From Chrysomallon squamiferum (lineage: Eukaryota > Animalia > Mollusca): a stretch of 64,000 nucleotides of DNA. The notes under the pieces were generated by a model that saw only the letters and a program-made list of their open reading frames with translations, was not told the origin of the DNA and made no database searches. Both the position numbers and the translations under genes were made by a program. Location: positions 3,658,001 through 3,722,000 of the forward strand of contig CM022667.1 in assembly GCA_012295275.1 (NCBI GenBank), in the 5' to 3' direction. This document shows, piece by piece, positions 54,217 through 64,000 of this stretch. How positions within the stretch are numbered: the stretch's first letter is position 1; every line of letters starts with the position of its first letter.

Positions 54217-56608
54217 TTGAAATTTGTTTCAGTACACTGAAGCCTTGTTACAGCTAAATTCTGATATTGTTAAGATTTTTATTTTAAAATTTTGTTTTTT
54301 TGTTTTTGACTATTATTAATTTTTAATGATGAAATGAGTATTGCAAAGTGTCCTGTGCTGGATACAGGAACATTCTTGTCTCTGTTTAGACTGCATCACT
54401 GCACATTTTTAGAAATCGCAACGTTTTTCACTAGTTAACTTAGCAAAATTATTTTCCTTCACGTTTCACACATTTTTACATTGTTCTGTCATTTTTGTTT
54501 TTCTGTGTTGTAATCTTCATTTTTGATTTTATTCTTAAACATTTTATGAAACATGTGAATATTTCATGCAAAAATGATTGCCAATATTGGTCCAGTTTTT
54601 TTTTTTTAACTTTATAAACTGATTCGAAACTTCTACATTCACAAAAACAAGTTATAACTTATTTTGGTTATATAAATAATACATAGGTGAGACAACATTT
54701 TTTAAATGATTTATTAAAAGCAGCTTTCTTGGGACCAACAACTGTCAATTTGAATCTAACAGTAACAGAAATGCACCAATTTTTCCCAATAATGAAATCC
54801 TCGAATATAATTTTTTTATTAAAATAACAAATATTAATATAGATGGTTTTTTTTTATTTTTATATATACTTTTTTTTTTTTTTTTTTTTTTTTTTTGAAC
54901 TGAATACTAATGTAATCTGATTGTTATAACAGAGAGCATATCTGTAGTGATGAATAAAATAATAATAATAATAAAACATAACTAATAAAAGGACTGGATC
55001 TCTGTTACAATGAACTGGATTCTAAAAAATGGATAATACAGGTTACTTTGTGAATTACAATACTGATGAACAAATTACTTTTATATAGTTTGTTTATACA
55101 TAACGTTTTATTGGTTCATTTGTAGATGGTTGTTTTTATGTATATGGAAATATTGGGTTATAAAGACATAGATTATAGTATAGTGCTTGTAGTAGCAGAA
55201 CAGCAAATGAATGTATTGGTATAATAATAAACTCATAGATCACTCTAAGGTCATATTATATAGAAACATGCTTTAAAGCTTATACTTTATTATATTAGTG
55301 CTGTTTGCATTTTCTTAATGTAGATTATTGGAAGCTTGGTAATTATGTGTAAATTCATAAAATGCAAAATGTGAATTATGTAATAGAATGCAATAACTAT
55401 GTAGATTATTGTAGATTAGACAGTATTATAATTATACAGTATTAGGTGTTGTGTTTTGTAGATTAGGTAGTGCAATATATTTACAATTATAATGTATAAA
55501 TAAATAATCTGGATTATGGAAAAAGTTGAGAGGTGATTATTGCAGAAGAGGTCAAAAACTATTTTTATTATAAGTTAATATGATGCAAAAAGTGCTTTAA
55601 ACTTAACGTGCCACAGAATTCCTAAAATTTCATTAGAACTGATTCATGAAAATGAAAATGCTTTGATAATCATATTGTATTTGAATTTTTATTATATATC
55701 TATTTTGATAGTTTACATAACCATGTCATATAGGTAGAACTTTGTTAATTTGAATTTTTCTAGTCATCAGCTTGTTTTTACTTTTTTACACTTCTCTTCT
55801 GTTTAACTGCTAAATTATTAAAATGAAATGGAAATATAATACCTCATATAATCATATAGCTTCACATAATTTGATATTTACTCATTTTTAATTCTGTACT
55901 TTTATTTTAAATTTTTTATAATTCTACTTCCTGTACACATGTGTGTTTAATTTTTGTGCTTTTCTTTTTTGTTGTTGTTGTTGTTGTCTTTTTTTTTTTT
56001 TTTGTTTGTTTTGTTTTTTTTTTTCTTTTCTTCTTGTATACTAGTCTATCAGTATTAATATATATATATATATATCATTTATCTTTTTTGAATTCATTAC
56101 TACAATAATAGAAATTCATGTAATGTAAAAATGCAGCATTTGCTTTAATAATAATAAAAACATTGAACTAAATATGGTGTTTATTTGTTATCTATTTTCA
56201 TATTCTAACGCTGTTGTTTTCTTTTTACAGAAAGAAAATAACTAAAACGCAAAACAGTAAGTTGTCTAAGTAAACTTCAGTCCGACTGGGTTCTCAGCTA
56301 CGTTTTGTGTCCGATATGCTCTGTGTATTTGGACTCCCATTTACTGCTGTAACTAGGTGTTGTGGTTTTCTACTCCTGTGTAGTTGGTCTGTAGCAGAGG
56401 TTTTTACATCTGAGTAAGCCGTTTTTGAAAGTAAGGGTCAAATTTGTGATAACTATTATTATTTTCGGAAAAACATAGCCAGTATAATGTGTTCAAAGCA
56501 AAAATGAATCGATATACATTGTTTTGTTTTTCTTCAAAATATCTTTATTCAAGTTTCTAATTTTTATAACTTTTAATAATAAAGCAATAGTATTTAATTA
56601 TTTAAAGG

Positions 56609-56639
<31 letters not shown>

Positions 56640-57099
56640 TTAAATGAATAAGTTTCTATTGTAAAATATTTTTATAATTTATAAATTGATATTTTAATGC
56701 CCAGAACTCAGTATTTTCTGTTATTACTAATAGTTATAACTTAAATCATTGAATTTAAATTTAGACATATTTTCTTAACTTTATATTCACATATTTTATC
56801 ATTTTCTTTTTAAATTGAACATTTTTAAAGAAAAAGCTTTTTAGTGGATATCTTCTTTTTTATTAATAATAATATTATTATTCCTGTTTTGTATCATCTG
56901 CTACAGACCAGTCTATTCAGTTAACTTTGCATGTTTGTGTTTCAAACTAACCTTAAAAAACACAAAAACAACTTAGAAGTGTTAAGACATAATTTGGACC
57001 CTTAACGTTTGCTTAAATTTTGTGTCTGCATAAATAAAAATAAACAAGCCATATTTAATATTTTCAGCTACTCCTATTTCATAACATATTAGTTACAAG

Positions 57100-57143
<44 letters not shown>

Positions 57144-57144
57144 A

Positions 57145-57177
<33 letters not shown>

Positions 57178-57758
57178 CAGTGATTAAAAAACTAACTTTA
57201 CCTTCCATGCTTTGAAATCAGATTATTAACAAAAAATAAAAATAAAATATAATAACAATAAAATTAGTAACTCAAAAAAGGATTAAAAAGCTTATTTCAA
57301 TAACACATTTTTAACTGTTACGCAAAGCTGATAGAAAAAACCCATCAATTTAAAAAAATAATTGAGAAAATTTGATTTAAAATTCACAATTCATTTCTTA
57401 CATATATGAGGTCACAATTTTTCTTATAATATATGAACTGCATACACTGTAATTCTACTATTAAATAAAATAAAAAAATTTATTCATTATATTTCATAAA
57501 ATTAAATGCAAATTTGTAATTACTAGTGAAAGGGTTACTTACAAATCCACTTACTAATATCATGTTACAGAGGAACATTTTTATTTTATTTATTTATTTA
57601 TTATAACACATCTATACAGTTTGTTATTTAGATTGTTTTAAAATAATATCACAAAGAAGTAATAACAGTGGTAGAGAAGAAGAAAAAAAAAGGATTTATT
57701 CAAACATTCCTTTTACAGGAATTGAACCAACTTAATCCAGAAGTGCTGCTGATATTTA

Positions 57759-57802
57759 GAATTAAATGTATGAAGAAAAATTTCATTTCATACATTTAAT
57801 TC
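57759..57802. repeat. Perfect 16-bp inverted repeat with a 12-nt loop
   Basis: gaattaaatgtatgaa pairs with ttcatacatttaattc. Confidence 0.85.
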
Positions 57803-59108
57803 ATAAAAAAAATATTTGATAAATTCAAATTTGATTCTATTATTATACTTTTAAATTTTTTTTTTTTTTTTTTTGGTTTAAAGGAAGAAACATTTTTTGC
57901 TCTGATTCTACACTAATCCAAAATTGTAGTTTTTTTTTTTTAATTTCTTTTTTATTCCACATAGAAAACTGTGCAGGTAAGACATACAGTCACTGTTGGA
58001 TATGTGAAGTATTCAGAGGAAATGTTGACAAATTTCAGAATTACTTTCATTATAAGGGAATCAACATTGCTGACGAGAACAAGAAAGGCAGACATTTTCT
58101 ATAATTTTTATATATTATTTTACAAGTTGTGTTATTTTGATATTTTTTATTTTTCATTTTTAATTTACTCTGTGAATAACACATAAATTAATGTTTTTAC
58201 TGGTATAGTACAAAAAAACATGTGCATGTGTATTGTCATGTGTTTTTTTCAGATATTACTTTGTTTTTGTTTGTCTTTCACTCTCTGTGTTTTGTGTGTT
58301 TAATTATTGTTTGCCGAGTTTTGATTTAATTTATTTGTTTGCATTTTTTATTATAAATTATATTAAATACATATATGTATATAATTGATATATTATACAG
58401 TGTCTTTTTATTTATATATTTATTATTATTTTATCCTTAAAAAAACAAATATTTCATTACTTTGTTTATATAGATTATTATGATTTATTTCTTTAAATAC
58501 GTTAAGACTGTTTGGAGTGTTGAGATCAAATGTATTATGTATTTTTAATTCTTATCTTAGATAAACTACATTGTTTTCAGTTTATATCAGTTTTTAAAAA
58601 TTTACATTTTGATATTTATGATAAAATATTTGATGTTTTGAGATTTTATAAAAATACATTAATGCTTTTTTAATTTTTTTGTAATTTTCATTTAGTTTTT
58701 AAATAAAATACATGTTTTGAGTTTTCTGCTGAAATAGGTCAATATTTTGATTTTTCTTAAATAAAACATTATTTGGTATCTTTCTTGATAAACACATACT
58801 TAATTTTCATATCATAATAATTTAATATTTCCTTCTGAGATGAGGCAGATGTTTGATTGAATGGGGGTGGGTGGGTGTTTGTGTTAACTTTGAGTAAACT
58901 TTAAAAAAAAAAAAATTAAACATGTACTTTAGCTCATTTATTATTTATTAGACTTATCCTCCATTTTTTTTACTGATAAGATGTGTATTTCTACTTAAAT
59001 TACAAAGATATTTGTAAGAGGTGATGATATTGAAAAAAAAACATGTATCTATATCTCTAGAAAAATAAGATCTTTTCCAAAAACCTCCAAAACAATTTGT
59101 TCAGATAC

Positions 59109-59161
<53 letters not shown>

Positions 59162-59425
59162 TGATGGTATATTTATTACAGCATTGTAATTATAAAGCCA
59201 TATTGATGTTTTGGGATTGTGGTAATAAGTAATCATTATCTTTTTTATTAAAAAAAAAAAAAAAAAAAAAAAATGTTCAAGAGGATTTGGGAAAAGAGCT
59301 TTTTAAGTGTACTTAAAATTATATCTTTATATTCAAGTATAGATAACTAGTTGTCAGAAACATGAGTGTTAAAACTACTTCATATCATTGATTGAGACCA
59401 GCATAAAACATGATAAAATTCATTA

Positions 59426-59461
<36 letters not shown>

Positions 59462-60422
59462 CTCAGCAATATAGAATATTCTTTATTTAATTAATAACTT
59501 GATCACTGTACAAATATTTATATTTTATCTCTTTAAAATGTACTACAGTCACAACTAGTGTTTACAGTATTTACTTTGTTGTTTTATATTTTGCGCAATC
59601 TCTGTTTACAACAATAAGAAAACCGGTGATACTTTTGTTTTGCTTTCATTTGTTATCATAGGATTTAAAATCTCAAGCAAAAATAAGCTGAATATATTAA
59701 AAATAATTTGTGGGCACCCAAGACCCAGCTTCCTAGTAACATTTCATGATTTTTGATGTTCCTTAAGGGGTTTATGTCAAAACTGATAATTTGCAAGACA
59801 TCATTTCTAAAATACAGTGGCAAAGAAACCTATTTTGTCTATATAATTAGATTATAATGTATGTGTGTGTGTATATATATATCTATTTATATATATAATC
59901 ATTCATTTTGTTACAATGTTAAAACTGTACTTAAAATGTGTTGTAAATGCCAGTACCCATTGTTATTTTGTTTCTGTTATTTTAATTATTATACCAGAAT
60001 GCTGTTATTTTATTTAGTTTTATATTATTATGTTTTATTATTACAGTTATGTAAAATTATTTATTACATTATTATTATTACTTTAACATACTGTTTTTAG
60101 TGAGCTGTTTATATTAATGTAAAACTTTATTATTAAAGTGTATATTATTACAGTCATATACACAATATATCTTTGTATTATTCTAGAGTATATGTTCTGT
60201 CATTATTATAAATATTTTAGTTTTTATTTTATCTTGAATTATATTTCCTGTTACATTTATGTATAACATATATAATATGGCATATTTATTTATTTCAACA
60301 ATGTTATTGTTGTTATGTAAACATGGTTTTTAGGCAATTTATTATTCTTTATTATTCTGTATGCAGTATTATTATTACTGTCAAATTTTTACGTGTCTAC
60401 AAGATATTATTAAATCCAGATA

Positions 60423-60609
60423 TCAGGCTATTTATCCAGCTTTCAGGAAAAGTGTATAATAAATATGTATCTTGTTAAATACATTTTTTTTTTTGTTAAC
60501 TTTTCATTATTTAATTTATATTTCAAATACAAAACCTTAATCCAGAAAACCAGAAAATCTTGAAACCTGGGCCTCCTAGGTCACAAAACTTGCTGGATAA
60601 ATAATCTGA
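60423..60609. mobile_element. Possible small MITE
   Basis: 18-bp inverted ends with 2 mismatches: tcaggctatttatccagc and gctggataaataatctga. No clear TSD. Confidence 0.4.
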
Positions 60610-62014
60610 CAGCTGTATTAATATTATTGTTACATTTTTCTAGAGCGTGTTGTTAATGTTATCATCACCATTGTTATACCTAACTAGCCAGTTGGAACGG
60701 AATGTTTCTGAGGACTGAATGGTATTCAAGAATTATCTTTTATAATTGTCCATGCATGAATAAACTACATTGCTATGTTAAACCCCCAGAGTTTGTTAAT
60801 TATTATTAAAAATTGTAATAATAATTGAAACGAAAACAGTCAGGGAAACAGTCTGTTATAGACTTATTTTATCGTCTGAAACCAGTTTTCATATTTTGTG
60901 TTGGCAAGAGGAAAGATTTGAGAGTTGGAGTGATTATAAACTTTATAATTAACCTATCTTAGGTTATCAGTCTATCTGTCTATATAATATAACAGGATTA
61001 TTTTCTAAGAATGGCTTACCATAGTGCTTTGCTGTTTATAGGTGGTGCATGTAAAAAAATCACTTCCTGCTAATATCAAAAAAGAGAACCAAAATATACG
61101 GCAACAATGAGCTTTCATTATCCTAATGATCATTAACCTTGTGTGTGTGTGTGTGTGTGTAAAATTTGAAACAACAAAATGAAACATTTCAACGATTCCA
61201 TCGCCAAAAGATGGTATTTATTCATTTTATTTATTATTTTTATTCTGTTAATCATTTTGACTTCCCTCCCTAGTTATAAAAGCTGGATCCAGTTTTTCTG
61301 TACAGAGTTGAACAAGCTGCAGGCTGTTACAACACAATCAAACCTTAACAACATGGCTGATTTAACAGTCTATTATATGTCTCTTCAGCATGTTGTGTTT
61401 TCCTGAATGTGGTGTGTGTTTGTTTGTGTGTGTGTGAGTCTATTTTTTTTTTTTTTTTTTTTTTAGAAAAACCAACAATAATAATAATAATAAAAATTTA
61501 AAAAACCATATAAAAATAAAGACTAAGACTGAAACTGTAAAAATTTTACAAAGCTGGTTAGCAACCAACTGTAGTTTACTGCTGAACTGATTTCACTTAT
61601 GAAGCTGTTTTTACTTTATGTTGGTTGATTGGTAAAGCAACGAGATTAATATACATTATCAATGTAAGAACATCTGTTTTATTGCTAATAAAAATAACAA
61701 AATAATAACTAAACTAAAGAAAGCAAACTCTTAAGCTGGTTCTACATTTAATTTTTAAATTATGCAATAAGCAAGTCAGTCAGAAGGGTTTCACAATGCT
61801 TAGATTCTTCTGTTCTATTCATGTCACGTATATGCATTTTTTCCAGATGGGTTAACACAATTATTTACTTGTATATTTTTGTTATACTTCATAACCTGCT
61901 GTCCTCACTGTTATATTATGAATCAGCAGTTTTTTTTTTTTTTTCACTGAACAAACACTGTAATGTTATTTGCATGTTTTTTTCCCCACAATCCTGTTGA
62001 AATGTTTTTGACTA

Positions 62015-62143
62015 CAGAGACAAATCCAGGGAGGGGTTGCAGGGAGGGGGGGTCTGGATCACACTGCTGATGAGTCGTATTAGTTTAAAAGTCATTTTTA
62101 TATGCAAAACTGTTATTATTTGTGGTTCTCCTTTAATTCAAAA

Positions 62144-62181
<38 letters not shown>

Positions 62182-62300
62182 ATTCAAAAATTAAAAGCTC
62201 CACTTTTTTTTTACCATTGGGTTTAGCAGTTTTTATTCCATAAATTTAAAACTCATTTTTATAAGCAACAATTATTATTTGTGCTTCTCCTTTAATTTAA

Positions 62301-62377
<77 letters not shown>

Positions 62378-62506
62378 GAATAATAAATATAGAAATCCAA
62401 AGCCTCACTTATTTTTGTACCAATGAGTTTAGCAGTTTTTATTCTGTAAATTTCTGGTACTAAATGTTCAGACACTCCCTTGCAGTTATTTCTGGATCTG
62501 CACCTG
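62015..62506. mobile_element. Possible non-autonomous DNA element with two internal ~160-bp repeats
   Basis: Degenerate inverted ends (cagagacaaatccagg..tgcaggga..gtctg and cagacactcccttgca..ctggatctgcacctg). The internal unit ttctcctttaatt-(aat)n-aaagc..tttagcagtttttattc occurs twice. Confidence 0.4.
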
Positions 62507-62759
62507 TTTATAGAAGCCTATTGAATTTTTTTTTTTTTTTTTTTTTCTATTTCTTTTTGGACTTATTTTTAATGCTCTTATGGAAATGAACTTTGAACTA
62601 AAACTCTGCTTATACATAAAACATTTTTATATTCACCTGCACAATTCACTGTCCTCTGGATATGATTGTGAATAATTCAAACTGTATTTAATTTGAAAAA
62701 TTCAAATATTTAAAACAAAGTACCAGAGCTGTATTGTTAATGTTTTAATTTTTTTTTTC

Positions 62760-62794
<35 letters not shown>

Positions 62795-64000
62795 TTATTT
62801 CACTATTATTTAAATATATAATTATTATTTAATTATTTTATTAATGTAATTTGTTAATTTATTTACTTTACCTGTTCCATACAATATTTCATGCAAATTA
62901 TATTTTACTTTAAAAATCATGAAAATGTGATTTAACATGACTTTGTTGTGGAGTAGGGCTATTGGACTAGTTTTTAGAGTTTCTTTACTTTTATTATAAT
63001 AAATTAATTATAATTATTTATTATTATTGAAAGATAAAAATGTATTTTATTGAATGCACAATGTGAAAATAAACATTTACAGTTCTTTTTGTTGTTGTTT
63101 TATTAAACTTACCTATGTTTTAGAATATGTGTAAAAATAAATCAACCAAAGTTCATTTCACATACTTCAATGAGAAAGATTTAAAATAAGATTGACGTAG
63201 ATATAATTGAATCATTCCCCCTTTTTTTTAAATTTAAATTAAAAATAAGAAATACAGATGAATACAAGTTTTAACCCTAATTTTTTTTTTTTTTTTTTTG
63301 AATATAATTTTCTATATTATATAAATGCAAATAAAATAAATAAATAAAAATAATAACTGATTGGTTAATGTTATTTTGTTGTATCTTTAATTTAACATTT
63401 ATTTTGTCTTTTAATATATAATTTGTATATAGGACCTCCTTAATATTTATACTAAATACATCAGTTCTTTCTACCATTTCTCATTTATTTCACGTTAATG
63501 ATTTTGTAAATAAATTCTAAAATAAAAATGATAAAGAATAAATCCAAGAAGAAACCTTTTTTTTCTGCACAAGACATAAACTTTGGATCAACGCTTTGTT
63601 TTGAAGGAAAACTAATACAAACGAAAGCTGGGAGTTTGGGCGGACGATAAACCCTTGATATTTAGGAGGAGATAACTTTCAACACATCCGGAAAATTAGG
63701 TTTTTAAAATGTTTTATTCTTTATATTTTTTCTGACATAAATTGAAGGAAGCTTGCATAAAATAATCAAGAAGTTTATAGCCTGAGCGCATGTATCGGGT
63801 AACATTGTCTAAAACGTTTTATTTTCGATTAATAGAGATAACTGTTTTATTTACAAACAATTAATTCATGATTCCTTGATTGTCATCTTGTCACTGTCAG
63901 CATCATGGATTCATGATAATCATTATTAAAACATTATGATTTTATCAAGTTTATGAGTAATGGCTTTAAATAATTTACTATATATATATTAATGTTATAA

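Noticed and set aside
56200-64000. Possible exons of a further gene (e.g. 57719-57770, 57971-58090, 61280-61400)
   Set aside because: No recognisable protein similarity and no consistent splice-phase chain could be built.

Overview
AT-rich, microsatellite-laden eukaryotic DNA, probably from an invertebrate; gene and repeat style suggest a mollusc, but that is inference. Four spliced genes can be rebuilt by hand from GT-AG sites with consistent phases. (1) The 3' part of a ZFHX3/4 (zfh2/ATBF1-like) zinc-finger homeobox gene, + strand, 118-9998, with four homeodomains and one frameshift near 6000-6034. (2) A complete 6-exon METTL9, - strand, 30598-35478. (3) A 10-exon D-aspartate/D-amino-acid oxidase ending in PTS1 SKL, - strand, 38488-43344, with two single-base homopolymer frameshifts. 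(4) A 1181-aa mitochondrial fusion protein, + strand, 48889-54216: presequence, two tandem HAD-family phosphatase domains, an internal presequence-like linker and a complete choline dehydrogenase. The HAD-HAD-CHDH fusion, with a possible internal MPP cleavage site, is the most interesting feature. The window also holds a deleted Tc1 element, a hAT MITE with an 8-bp TSD, minisatellites built on splice sites, and short hairpins. The three frameshifts are most likely assembly indel errors.
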